Origin: Candidatus Latescibacterota bacterium
GTDB lineage: Bacteria; Latescibacterota; UBA2968; SICM01
Assembly: GCA_965217865.1 (NCBI GenBank)
Contig: CBDCJO010000001.1
Span: 128,001 to 192,000 of the forward strand
Length of the DNA: 64,000 bases
Reading direction: 5' to 3'
A model generated the notes under the pieces. It had not been told where the DNA came from. It saw nothing but the letters and a program-made list of their open reading frames with translations, and searched no databases. A program made the translations under genes and the position numbers. Below are positions 18,639 through 28,625 of the stretch, piece by piece (position 1 is the first letter of the stretch; each line of letters opens with the position of its first letter).

Positions 18639-19757
18639 TCAGCCGGAGATCAGCCCCCCAACAACCTCGGCCGCCTTCAATCCCGATCCCGTGAGGATGA
18701 CAACGGACAATCCGCCCTGATTTTCCTCCAGGTAACGGCCGGCAGTCGCAAGTGAAACGGCTGCGGTCGGCTCGATAAAGATCCCCCGTTTAACCCCCCT
18801 TCGAAGCGCCTCGATCGTCTCCTCATCCGAGATGGAGAAGACCCGCCCCCCCGTCTTCCGAATCGCCCGTAACATCTGTCCGCCTCGAACCGGTTCCGCA
18901 ACGGCGATCCCCTCGGCAATCGTTTCCCCCTTTTTAATTTTTGCTGCTTCGTCCAATCCGGCGTGAAAAGCTTCGGCCAGAGGCGAGCAGCCCGCGGCCT
19001 GTCCTGCGATCAGTCGGGGCAAGCGATCTATGATATTCGCGGATTTCAGGTCCGAAAACCCTTGATAAAGCCCCAGGAGAAGGGTCCCATTCCCAGCGGG
19101 ACAGATCAGCGCATCGGGCGACCGCCAGTCCAGCTGTTCGCAGATCTCATAGGCCACGGTCTTGGTCCCTTGGAAAAAGAATGGATTCCTGCAGTGGCTG
19201 GCATAATAGGCGGACCCGGATGCCTTGAAAGCAGCTTTGGCGACGTCCTCCCGCGAACCCCGAATCGGATGAAGGTTAGCCCCGGTTGCAGTGATCTGGA
19301 CCAGCTTTCCTGGGGAGGCATGCTCCGGGGCATAGATGTCGCAGCCGATCCCGGCCAGAGCGCAGTATGCGGCGATCGCAGCTCCGGCATTCCCCGACGA
19401 ATCTTCCACAACCTGCGGGATTCCCAGGGCTCGTGCGTGCGTCACGAGGGCGGTAGCGCCCCGGTCCTTGAAAGATCCGGTCGGAAAGAGGTGGTCCAAT
19501 TTCCAAAACACCTCCGCACCCTGATCCGGGGATCGGACAAGGGGCGTCATTCCCTCCTGGAACGTCACGGGATCGCCGAGCACGGCTATCGCTTCACGGT
19601 ATCGCCATAGTGTCGGAGGCCGGCGGGCGATCGCTCGACGGTCGAAACTGGGCTCCGATACGATATCGAGCAAGCCGCCACAGACACAGCCCCATACCGG
19701 TTCAACCAGGTCATAAGTGCGGTCGCAGGAATCACAATTTAGATATGAAGGCTTCAC
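18639..19757 (-). CDS. thrC: Threonine synthase (PLP fold type II) with N-terminal zinc ribbon
   Basis: PTGSFKDRG PLP lysine, DSSGNAG, PAGNG, EPT, LTGSGLK. Confidence 0.85.
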   Translation of the reverse strand: MKPSYLNCDSCDRTYDLVEPVWGCVCGGLLDIVSEPSFDRRAIARRPPTLWRYREAIAVLGDPVTFQEGMTPLVRSPDQGAEVFWKLDHLFPTGSFKDRGATALVTHARALGIPQVVEDSSGNAGAAIAAYCALAGIGCDIYAPEHASPGKLVQITATGANLHPIRGSREDVAKAAFKASGSAYYASHCRNPFFFQGTKTVAYEICEQLDWRSPDALICPAGNGTLLLGLYQGFSDLKSANIIDRLPRLIAGQAAGCSPLAEAFHAGLDEAAKIKKGETIAEGIAVAEPVRGGQMLRAIRKTGGRVFSISDEETIEALRRGVKRGIFIEPTAAVSLATAGRYLEENQGGLSVVILTGSGLKAAEVVGGLISG

Positions 19758-19884
19758 GCCTGCCTCCCTTTTTATTCGACATTAACCCTTTACACATACC
19801 CCCGCATGTGTTAGCTTATCGGATTCCCGATCAAATCAATCCTCAAATTCCCAAATTGCTTACCCTCTATCCGGAGGAACTACG

Positions 19885-20655
19885 ATGCTATCGAGCAGTC
19901 TGAAGGAAAAACTCCGCAACAACCAGGAAGTCATCGGCGTCATGATGACTTTCGATTTCTGGCCAGGTTATCTTGAGATCTGTCAGAAACAGGGAGTGGA
20001 TTTTTTCATGCTCGACATGGAGCACGGCCAAGTCGAATTGCCCCGGGTCGAGGAGCTTTGCCGGACCGCCAGACTGCTTGACATCCCCATGCTCATCCGA
20101 CCTCAAAGCTGCAACGATGACCTTATCAAGCGGGCAATCGACATCGGCGGGGGCGGATTGATCATACCCTGGATGGAGTCACAGGAACAACTCGATACCC
20201 TCTACAATTCGGCCTTCTGTCCGCCGCGAGGCCGACACGGGATGGGGGGCCCGATGATCTTTTCAGGAGACGGCGTCACAAGCAAGGATTGGAAAAAGTT
20301 AGAGGATGACCTCTTCATTACGTGCCAGATCGAAACCCCCAAAGGCCTGGATTTCGCTCCTGAGGTGGCGAGGCAGGACTGGATCGACGCCTTGATGCTG
20401 GGTCCTTATGACCTTGCCCATAATATGGGGTTGGTCGATCAATTTCTAAAGTCCGAGGAGCACATCCGTGCCATAGAACGGGTTGGTGAAGCTGCACACG
20501 CGCACGGCAAATGGGCATGTATGGTATGCGGGACGGGTGAGGACGCCAGAAAATGGTTCGACAAAGGCTTCGAGATGATTATCATGGGTACGATCGCCAC
20601 CCATTTCATCCAGAGTATTTCCAACAACCTGGCCAAAGCGCGGCCGAAAGGATAG
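19885..20655 (+). CDS. HpcH/HpaI aldolase family protein
   Basis: LDMEHG, QIET, LMLGPYDL motifs. Confidence 0.9.
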   Translation: MLSSSLKEKLRNNQEVIGVMMTFDFWPGYLEICQKQGVDFFMLDMEHGQVELPRVEELCRTARLLDIPMLIRPQSCNDDLIKRAIDIGGGGLIIPWMESQEQLDTLYNSAFCPPRGRHGMGGPMIFSGDGVTSKDWKKLEDDLFITCQIETPKGLDFAPEVARQDWIDALMLGPYDLAHNMGLVDQFLKSEEHIRAIERVGEAAHAHGKWACMVCGTGEDARKWFDKGFEMIIMGTIATHFIQSISNNLAKARPKG

Positions 20656-20663
20656 CGCCCCCT

Positions 20664-22195
20664 TAGCAGCCCGTTGAAGAACTACCTTTCAACGCACATA
20701 AACGGAAAAGACGCCTGGAGTGCGGGTCAGATAAATCAAGGTAAGGAGATTGAGCAGGAGACGCTGATAAGAGGTTAAAAAGGTGACCGAGGGCAGCAAA
20801 CGTGATTGTAGGACGAGCAGTAGACGCTGCAAGGCCTTGGCCAGGTCCTGGAGGGCCTTCGGAGTACCTACGCCCATCACTTTGCGCATGAGCAGAGCCA
20901 GGTTGCAGCCCCCGATGTGGATCAGCAAACGCTTGAGGATATTGCCGCGGTCTCTCAAGTGCAACCTGCGCATGCCACCGGTATCATATGTGTGAGCGAT
21001 GGTTCTTTCCACCCGTTCTGCACGACTTCGGCGCAAGGCCTTGCCGCGATCTCCCTTGATCCGGCGTCGATTCGCATATACCGCGGCCTGCTCATCTCGT
21101 CGGCCGTTCCACTTGCGGCGTCCCCGATCCGGTTCTGAAATGTAACTCCGGATGCCGCCTTGCTTCAGACTGGTCAATACATCGTTGCTATGATATCCTT
21201 TGTCCGCAACCACCTCCCGTATACGCTGTCTGTGCAAACGTTTGGCAGCTTTTTCGTCCTTCGCGACCTGCTTGAGATTGAGCTGCGCCTCGAGCAGCGT
21301 CCAGGGCAACGACTCGGTATCTCCTTCATCTGCTCCCGACAACGCCACTGCCACAATGGCATTGGTGTCCAGATCCACCGCGTGCTCCACCTTGTGCGCC
21401 ATGTGCGTGCGACCGTCCTTCATCTTAGCGATCTTGGCATCCGGGTCGTGCGGGTGCTCCCAGTCCTGGTTCGATCCCTTCTTCGGTCGCTTCTTATCGA
21501 TCTTGGACAAGTCCTCGCGGGTAGGCGTTTCAATGCCCGAGGCCTTGGCCAGATTCTCAAGGAATGCCTGGTAGCCTTCACCCGTGTCACGGCGTACAAT
21601 GCTGCGCATCGCGGCGTTGGCCTCCAGTGTCGTAGCATCCACGCCCAACGTCTTCCCCTTCACCAGACCCGCTTTGCACAAGACCCTCAGGATCCACTTG
21701 AAAACCGCTTCGTGAACTTCCAAGGGAAGCCGATGCCGGATGCGAGACAGGCTGGAATGATCCGGGGTCTGTTCGTCAAGGGCATACCCCAAAAACCGGC
21801 GCAACGTCAGCGAGTCAGATACACGCCATTCGATCCCACGTTCCGAATCAAGTCCCTCGAAATACCCAATCAAAAGCATCCGAAAATAAACCCCGGGCGG
21901 AATGCCCTTGCGACCCATATGAGGAGCGTAATACCGCTGGCAAAGCCCCTCGACGAACTCGTCGAAGCCGTTCGCCCCCAATACCTGATTCAGCTTCTCG
22001 TAGAACGGATGACCCGGAGATTTCACCAAAGTGTTCGATGCGATGAACAGGTTTTCCTGTCTCTGTCGGCCTCGTTTTCCCATTGCCATTTGCTCGTCCT
22101 CCCTTCTCAGTTTGAACCTGATATATCATAGGACCAAACCACAAGGAAAGACAATAGTCATCTTGGCATAAACGCACTTTTTCAACAGGCTGCTA
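20664..22195 (-). mobile_element. Insertion sequence (IS1182/IS5-like) with terminal inverted repeats
   Basis: TAGCAGCCCGTTGAAGAA ... TTTTTCAACAGGCTGCTA; ends sit in TTAG/CTAG contexts; single transposase inside. Confidence 0.88.
20689..22089 (-). CDS. DDE transposase (DUF772 + DDE; IS1182/IS5-like)
   Basis: GRKGIPP, SERGIE, PDHSSLSR, GVDAT, DPDAK, ADKGY, VERT. Confidence 0.92.
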   Translation of the reverse strand: MAMGKRGRQRQENLFIASNTLVKSPGHPFYEKLNQVLGANGFDEFVEGLCQRYYAPHMGRKGIPPGVYFRMLLIGYFEGLDSERGIEWRVSDSLTLRRFLGYALDEQTPDHSSLSRIRHRLPLEVHEAVFKWILRVLCKAGLVKGKTLGVDATTLEANAAMRSIVRRDTGEGYQAFLENLAKASGIETPTREDLSKIDKKRPKKGSNQDWEHPHDPDAKIAKMKDGRTHMAHKVEHAVDLDTNAIVAVALSGADEGDTESLPWTLLEAQLNLKQVAKDEKAAKRLHRQRIREVVADKGYHSNDVLTSLKQGGIRSYISEPDRGRRKWNGRRDEQAAVYANRRRIKGDRGKALRRSRAERVERTIAHTYDTGGMRRLHLRDRGNILKRLLIHIGGCNLALLMRKVMGVGTPKALQDLAKALQRLLLVLQSRLLPSVTFLTSYQRLLLNLLTLIYLTRTPGVFSVYVR

Positions 22196-22280
22196 GCAGG
22201 AGAAGAGGACGATGACGTTCATTTCATTTATATAATAATCTCGCCTTTCCCTATTATGAAAAATTAGAACATTTGGGTTT

Positions 22281-22335
22281 TCCCCTCTCCCGGCATCCGG
22301 GAGAGGGGTGCCGAGCCTGCGAGGCGGGGTGAGGG
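22281..22335. repeat. REP-like palindrome
   Basis: CCCCTCTCCCGG-CAT-CCGGGAGAGGGG ... GGGGTGAGGG. Confidence 0.65.
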
Positions 22336-22407
22336 AGCATCGCGGATTGCCGATTGATGAATTCGAATTGATGACCTCAATCGAATTTCCGAACCCCGAG
22401 TCACGAT

Positions 22408-23676
22408 TCACGGCCTTTCCGTTCCGGCACCCCCGTATATCCACATCGTGTGACGATTGTAGAATATGCTCTCCTCCACCCCGTCCCCGTTGACATCTTC
22501 TCTTTCGAACCCAACGAAGTTCCCGTAGTCCGCAACGGCATAGGGATCCTCTTTGGGAGGTTTTATCGCCCCCAGTAGATTCTCATCTGCTTCGAAGGCC
22601 ATCACCGGTTCCAATCGACCGTCAACAAGGACTGGAGGTCTATCGGGCTCCCGGTAGAGCAGCAGATCCTCCGAATCGTCCGGGTGCCACCTAATAGGGG
22701 TTACGTTCGCTCCCTTTCGGGTCCAGATCGGTGTTCCACCCAGGTCGTAGGCCGTGATCCCCCCCCATTTCTCGGAACAGATCAGATCCAGTCCCGGCCG
22801 ACTCCGTTCCAGTTTCGCGAAACAAACATCCTGGGTGTGGTTTCCTTCCAGACGGTCGATCAGATTGCCTTTGATGTCGCAGACGATCGCGTCTTTACTC
22901 CCTGCATATACAATCTCGAGCACACCGTCCCCATCTCTGTCCGCCACATCCCGGTTGTCGCAATGTTCGTGCGGGTCCGGGATATCCAGGGTCCAGAGGG
23001 TGGTCCCGTCGTGGTCCACCAGGTTGTAACCCACCAGAATCTCCTCTTTGCCGTCCCCGTCGGAGTCGATCGCCCACGGATTGTGTCCTGCGCCGATATA
23101 GGGCCTGGCCGGCCAGTGTAAGTCTAGATTCGAATCATACCAAACCACGGGATTCCCATAGCTGTAAGGCTCGTATGATGCATCCTGGACCTTCAGTAAA
23201 AACACCCGCCTGTGGGGATCTCCTTCCACATTCACCGAAAGGACCACGGCGAAATTGTCCGCCTCCAGGACGGTCTCCCCTTTCAGTTCCCCCGACCAGG
23301 CATCCAACATCACCAATCGATCCTTGTGCACATACACCATTTCCGTGTGTCCGTCTCCGTCGACGTCGTGGAATGCCGCCTGCTGCATCCCCCCGTGTGT
23401 CCGCCACGGTCGATCCAGATCCCACGGGGAGCCTCGCTGCCAGATCACGTTTCCCTCCAGGTCCATCATCGATACGCAGTGATGGTCCTGGTCCGCCTCC
23501 TCGATCCAATGGTTCTCCTTGAAGGTTCCCATCCGGTAGAGCCTTGAGTCCAGCATCCCGGCGCTCTGGATCGAGATCATGCGCAGCTCCCCGCCCTCCT
23601 CGACGCGTAAAAACCAGCGGTGCTGACCGCCGCAGGGACTCAGGTGGACCCTCTTAATAAGGGGAATCTCTTTCAC
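22408..23676 (-). CDS. Beta-propeller protein with Ca-binding DxDGDG loops (rhamnogalacturonan lyase PL11-like / FG-GAP)
   Basis: HDVDGDGHTE, GAGHNPWAIDSDGDGKEEILVGY, DRDGDGVLEI, DVNGDGVEE; GTG 23676 follows AGGAGG. Confidence 0.7.
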   Translation of the reverse strand: MKEIPLIKRVHLSPCGGQHRWFLRVEEGGELRMISIQSAGMLDSRLYRMGTFKENHWIEEADQDHHCVSMMDLEGNVIWQRGSPWDLDRPWRTHGGMQQAAFHDVDGDGHTEMVYVHKDRLVMLDAWSGELKGETVLEADNFAVVLSVNVEGDPHRRVFLLKVQDASYEPYSYGNPVVWYDSNLDLHWPARPYIGAGHNPWAIDSDGDGKEEILVGYNLVDHDGTTLWTLDIPDPHEHCDNRDVADRDGDGVLEIVYAGSKDAIVCDIKGNLIDRLEGNHTQDVCFAKLERSRPGLDLICSEKWGGITAYDLGGTPIWTRKGANVTPIRWHPDDSEDLLLYREPDRPPVLVDGRLEPVMAFEADENLLGAIKPPKEDPYAVADYGNFVGFEREDVNGDGVEESIFYNRHTMWIYGGAGTERP

Positions 23677-23861
23677 TCCGGTCCTCCTGAAAAAAAAAGA
23701 CCGCACCTTTTCCAAAGTGCGGCATGTCATCCAAGTTCAGGGCAAAAGAAAATGTCCCGATTGAATTTGGCTAAGAGACGTTTACCATGTTTGTCCAACT
23801 GAAGGAATTAAGATACGATTCTATCGATTACAAATCAAGAGGAGAACAGTGCGATGCCCAA

Positions 23862-23955
23862 ATTTTGACCCCTGACCCTATCTCCGTTCCTCGAATCTCA
23901 GTTTCTGTCTTTTGGTTTTCCCGTTTGCCTTTTTACGTTTGCCGTCTGCCTTCCG
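23862..23955. repeat. Degenerate heptamer array directly after the stop of the HYR gene
   Basis: TTTTGAC CCCTGAC ... TCCCGTT TGCCTTT TTACGTT TGCCGTC TGCCTTC. Confidence 0.6.
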
Positions 23956-26344
23956 CTACTTCGCAAACAACATCTTCCGTAACGCAGTGTTAGTGGCCGC
24001 CTCCAACCGATACAGATATATCCCGGTAGACACACCGCGACCTGAGGCATCCCGACCATCCCACCGTACCCTGTAATCACCCGGAGAATGGGGGGCGTCG
24101 ACAAGCATCCGGATCTGCTGACCCTGGATGTTGTAGATCGTCAGCCTTACATTGGACGCCTCCGGGACCGAGTACCGGATCGTGGTTTCGGGGTTGAAGG
24201 GGTTCGGATAGTTCTGGTCCAGCCTGAAGGACAGAGGCCTCCCGGGGTCCATGGCCAAACGAACCTCCGGGGATCCGCCCAACACACTCCCGCCTCCTCC
24301 TAACAGATTCCGATCCCCGGACCCGATCTTGGCAACTTTGGCATGGTCGTTGTCTTTTCCTTTACCCTTGGGAACAGGCACTTCCACCAGATCCGAGACA
24401 TTCCCTGAGGAATCCGTCGAATACGCGAGCAGATTGGGAGCCGGTCCAGAGGCACCGATTAGGTTCAGGTCCTCGTCGAAGGCATACTTCCAGACGGCCT
24501 TTTGGTGCCCGTCATCATCATCGTCCTTCTTTTTATGTTTAACAACCAGCTTCACCTTCTGTTCGTTCATCACCGGGAAACCGCCCGCCAGGATCGCCTC
24601 GTTCAACAGGTTTTTCAGGGCCGGTTCATCCGGCCCTTTGAGTTTCACCACGATCTTGCTCTTCTTGATCTTGATCTTGATCCTGTTCTTCTTCTTGTGC
24701 TTGTAGCTTACCTCGAACAAGTCCGTCGGTGTCAGGGGCTGGCGGATCACGCCTGTTTCCTCGGGATCGGGATCACACAGGTCCGCGCCTTCCATCAACA
24801 CACAGAAGACATTCTTTCCGGCATGTTTGTCACCGTCGTCATCGTCGTCATCATCATGATAGAGATCATCCATACCATGGTGATGTGCGTGTTTCGCAGA
24901 AACCAGCGCCGCCCTGATTTCCGGCGGAATCGTATCCACTACGTTCACCAGCTGCTCGGCAGATGCCGCATTTCCGCTCGCATCTGTAGCCGCCCAGGTC
25001 ACGATCGTCGTCCCGAGAAAGAACAGCTCCGGCGCGTCGTTGGTGACCGTCGGCGAAGGATCACAGATGTCAGTGGCCGTGGCCGTCCCGATCTCAACCG
25101 CTTGACCGTCCTGGCTGGAGCATTCGACCGTGATATCCGAAGGGATGGTCAAAACCGGCGGCGTGGCATCATCCTCTACTGTGACATTCTGGGTGGCGAA
25201 GGCTGTATTCCCGCTGGCATCCGTGGCCGTCCACGTCACAATCGTCGTCCCAAGCGGGAATTGGGCCGGCGCGTCGTTCGTGATCGTCGGCGAAGGATCG
25301 CAGATGTCGGTCGCCGTAGCCGTCCCGATGTCCACAGGCTGTCCCCCCTGGTCAACGCATTCAACAGCGACGTCCGCAGGTGGGACAAGAACTGGCGGCG
25401 TAGTGTCCTCAACCGTCACGTTCTGGGTTGCTGTCGAAGAGTTTCCACCGGAATCCGTTGCAGTCCAGGTCACGATCGTCGTCCCGAGAGAGAACAGGGA
25501 GGGCGCGTCGTTCGTGATCGTCGGTGAAGGATCGCAGGCGTCCGTCGCCGTTGCAGGCCCCCCGATATTCACGGACTGTCCACCCTGGGCAGAGCATTCG
25601 AACGTGACATCCGCGGGGATGAAAGTGAATACGGGTGGCGTGATATCATCCTCCACCATGACGTTCTGGGTCGCTGTTACCGAATTTCCAGTCGCATCCG
25701 TCGCCGTCCACGTCACGATCGTGGTCCCAAATGGGAAAGATGGAGGAGCGTCGTTGGTCACGCTGGGATTCGGATCACAGATGTCCGTGGCGGTTGCAGT
25801 CCCGATATCCACGTGGCTCTCCGCACGATGCAATGACGTCCGCTGGCGGGGTGAGGTCGGGCGACGTCGTATCCTCAACCTCCACGTTCTGAGTCGCTGT
25901 CGCGGAGTTGCCCGCGGCGTCCGCGGCGGTCCATGTGACCACCGTCGTCCCAAGCTGGAAAAGCGCGGGTGCGTCGTTCGTGATCGTTGGCGAAGGATCG
26001 CAGGCATCCGTCGCCGTTGCAGGCCCCCCGATATTCACGGACTGTCCCCCCTGCGCCGAGCATTCCACCGTAACATCCGCGGGGACGAAGGTGAAAACGG
26101 GCGGCGTGATATCGTCCTCCACCGTGACGTTCTGAGTCGCTGTTGCCGAATTTCCACTCACATCCGCGGCCGTCCACGTCACAATCGTTGTCCCAAATGG
26201 GAAGGATGGAGGAGCATCGTTGGTCACGGTGGGATTCGGATCACAGATGTCCGTAGCCGTGGCGGTCCCGATATTCACGGGCTCTCCGCACGTTGCAATG
26301 ACGTCCGCTGGCACGGTGAGGTCCGGGGAAGTCGTATCCGCCTC
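23956..26344 (-). pseudogene. 3' part of a large secreted protein: six HYR-like repeats, His/Asp/Lys-rich domain, FlgD-Ig/T9SS-type C-terminal domain; 5'-truncated, frameshift ~25814
   Basis: Repeats DTTPP..PADV..C..IGTATATDICDP.PT.TNDAP..F..GTT.VTWTATD..GN; C-terminus LDQNYPNPFNPETTIRY..WDGRDASG..STGIYLYRL; one extra base in repeat 3 relative to repeat 1. Confidence 0.85.
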
Positions 26345-26511
26345 TTTTTGTTTCCACAAAATCCATGAACATCCTATAACGTTTTGAGCCACAAAAAGAT
26401 ATTAATCAAAATAGTGTTTGGAAGGGCTTGTGTAATTCGTTATATTCCCCTTATCTGTGGGGGGAATGGATAGGGGAATAAAAACGCACAACACAAGAGG
26501 GAGGTGTCGAA

Positions 26512-27687
26512 ATGAAGTATAAGGTGACCGCGGCCTTTGTCCGAACGGTGAAGAAGCCGGGCAGGTACGGCGACGGGCACGGGCTCTATCTGCTTGTCAC
26601 GCCGACCGGGGCGCGCTGCTGGGTGCAGAGGTTGGTGATTCGCGGACGGCGGCGCGAGCTCGGCCTGGGCGGCTTTCCCCTCGTCACGCTGGCCGAAGCC
26701 CGCGAGAAGGCTTTTGACAACCGCAGGCTGGCCCGCTCGGGCGGCGATCCGCTCACGGAGAAGCGCAAGGATCAAGGCGTGCCCACGTTCGAGGAAGCAG
26801 CCGCGAGGGTGATAGATATTCACCGGCCTTCCTGGAAGAACGGCGGCAAGAGCGCGGCGCAATGGGAACATTCGCTTCGTCAATACGTGTTCCCGCGCCT
26901 GGGCCGGTGTTCGGTGTCGAACGTGACTACGGCGGACGTGATGTCGGTGTTGACGCGGATCTGGCACGAGAAGCCGGAGACCGCGCGGCGGGTGCGTCAG
27001 CGTATCGGCGTGGTGATGAAGTGGGCCGTAGCGCAAGGTTATCGAGCCGACAACCCCGCCGGTGACGCCATAGATGCAGCGTTGCCTCGGAACGGATTAG
27101 CCAAGAAACACATGAAGGCACTTCCCCATGGCGAGGTCACGGGCGCAGTGGAAGCCGTGCGCAATTCAGAATGTTCCATGGTCGAGAAGCTGGCCTTCGA
27201 GTTTCTGGTATTGACGGCGTGCCGTTCGGGCGAGGTCTTGTCAGCTGCATGGGGCGAAATCGACATGGAAGTCCGCGAGTGGAACATCCCCGGCGAGCGC
27301 ATGAAGGCGAAGCGCCCGCACCGGGTGCCGCTGTCCGGGCGGGCGTTGGAAGTCCTGAATGAAGCGCGGACTCTTTCCCAGGATGGGACCGGTCCGGTGT
27401 TTCCAAGCACCATAAACGGCAAGCCACTGGCGGGCATGTCGAAGATGTTGCGGGCTTTGGACATCAAAGCCGTGCCTCACGGGTTCCGGTCAAGCTTTCG
27501 GGATTGGGCTGCCGAGCAGACGAATCATTCACGCGAGGTCATGGAAGCGGCGCTGGCGCATGTCGTGGACAACCAGACCGAAGCAGCCTACGCGCGTTCG
27601 GACCTGTTCGATCGCCGGCGCAAGCTCATGGACGATTGGGCGGCCTACCTGAACGCCGGCACTGAAGGAGAAGCGTCCCGTGGATGA
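26512..27687 (+). CDS. Tyrosine recombinase, P4-like integrase with arm-binding domain
   Basis: PGRYGDGHGLYL arm-binding domain; catalytic residues in TACRSGE, MKAKR, HGFR, LAH, AAY. Confidence 0.95.
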   Translation: MKYKVTAAFVRTVKKPGRYGDGHGLYLLVTPTGARCWVQRLVIRGRRRELGLGGFPLVTLAEAREKAFDNRRLARSGGDPLTEKRKDQGVPTFEEAAARVIDIHRPSWKNGGKSAAQWEHSLRQYVFPRLGRCSVSNVTTADVMSVLTRIWHEKPETARRVRQRIGVVMKWAVAQGYRADNPAGDAIDAALPRNGLAKKHMKALPHGEVTGAVEAVRNSECSMVEKLAFEFLVLTACRSGEVLSAAWGEIDMEVREWNIPGERMKAKRPHRVPLSGRALEVLNEARTLSQDGTGPVFPSTINGKPLAGMSKMLRALDIKAVPHGFRSSFRDWAAEQTNHSREVMEAALAHVVDNQTEAAYARSDLFDRRRKLMDDWAAYLNAGTEGEASRG

Positions 27688-28522
27688 CAAAGCCCGCAAA
27701 CGGGCGGTGTTAAAAGGACCGCGGGGAAACCCTATAGCCTATCTGTGGTTTTATCGCAATCCGGATGCCCGCCTGGCGCTTCCAAAGTTGATCGCAGAAT
27801 CTACAAAAGATTGGACTACATGGGAAAATCTGCAACACCTGCATGAGACCTTGAAGGAGCACAACGAGCCTATTCCGGGAGAGTTGTCGGATTGGGCAAA
27901 TGATGTTGAGACCGGCAAGCGCCGACCGCCGAACTTTGTCCACCGTGGAGCACCGCTGTCAGACCTTCTAACCAATGCGTGGTTTTCCCATAATCCGGAT
28001 GCCCGCCTGGCGCTTCCAACGTGGATCGCCGCATCTACAAAACATCTGATTGCATGGGAAGGTCTGCAACACCTGCATGAGACCATGACGAAGTACAACC
28101 TTCCTATTCCGGGAGAGTTGACGGATTGGTCAAATGATGTTGTGTGGGGAAAACGCGAAAAGCCGAAGCGGAAGAAAGGCGGAGACGGTTTGCAGAACGT
28201 CCTTCGTGACTTTTTCATTGTGATACAAGTTAAGGAGATGCTATTGTATGGGTTTCCCGCAACGTCCACCAGGCAAGAGCCCAAAAGCGCGAGCCGATCC
28301 GCCTGCCACTTCGTAGCAAGCATGCAAAGGACAAAGACCATGGACTACAAAGCAGTATACGTGATCTGGAAGTCTTCCAAATGGGCCAAACTTAAAAAAG
28401 CGCTCGCATTGTATTCCGGCGTCCCTGCCGGGTTCCGGGCCTGGGTTGGCGAGCAGGCCAGAGACAAGCAACTTCTCGACCTCGCCATGAGTGATCTGGA
28501 TTTATCCGATTGGAGGTGGTGA
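27680..28522 (+). CDS. Hypothetical protein with an internally duplicated ~60-aa helical module
   Basis: WF.(R/H)NPDARLALP..IA.STK....WE.LQHLHET....N.PIPGEL.DW.NDV..GKR occurs twice; start overlaps the int stop. Confidence 0.75.
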   Translation: MDDKARKRAVLKGPRGNPIAYLWFYRNPDARLALPKLIAESTKDWTTWENLQHLHETLKEHNEPIPGELSDWANDVETGKRRPPNFVHRGAPLSDLLTNAWFSHNPDARLALPTWIAASTKHLIAWEGLQHLHETMTKYNLPIPGELTDWSNDVVWGKREKPKRKKGGDGLQNVLRDFFIVIQVKEMLLYGFPATSTRQEPKSASRSACHFVASMQRTKTMDYKAVYVIWKSSKWAKLKKALALYSGVPAGFRAWVGEQARDKQLLDLAMSDLDLSDWRW

Positions 28523-28572
28523 ACAACCCCCCCGGCACAACCGTTTGTTGACATATCTGGATGGTTTCATTT

Positions 28573-28611
28573 GAGGGTAAAGTATCCGAACTGCTTTACC
28601 CTCTTTTTTTT
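28573..28611 (+). terminator. Intrinsic terminator of the int-cargo unit
   Basis: GAGGGTAAAGTA-loop-TGCTTTACCCTC followed by T8. Confidence 0.75.
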
Positions 28612-28625
28612 GCCCTCAGCACAGT

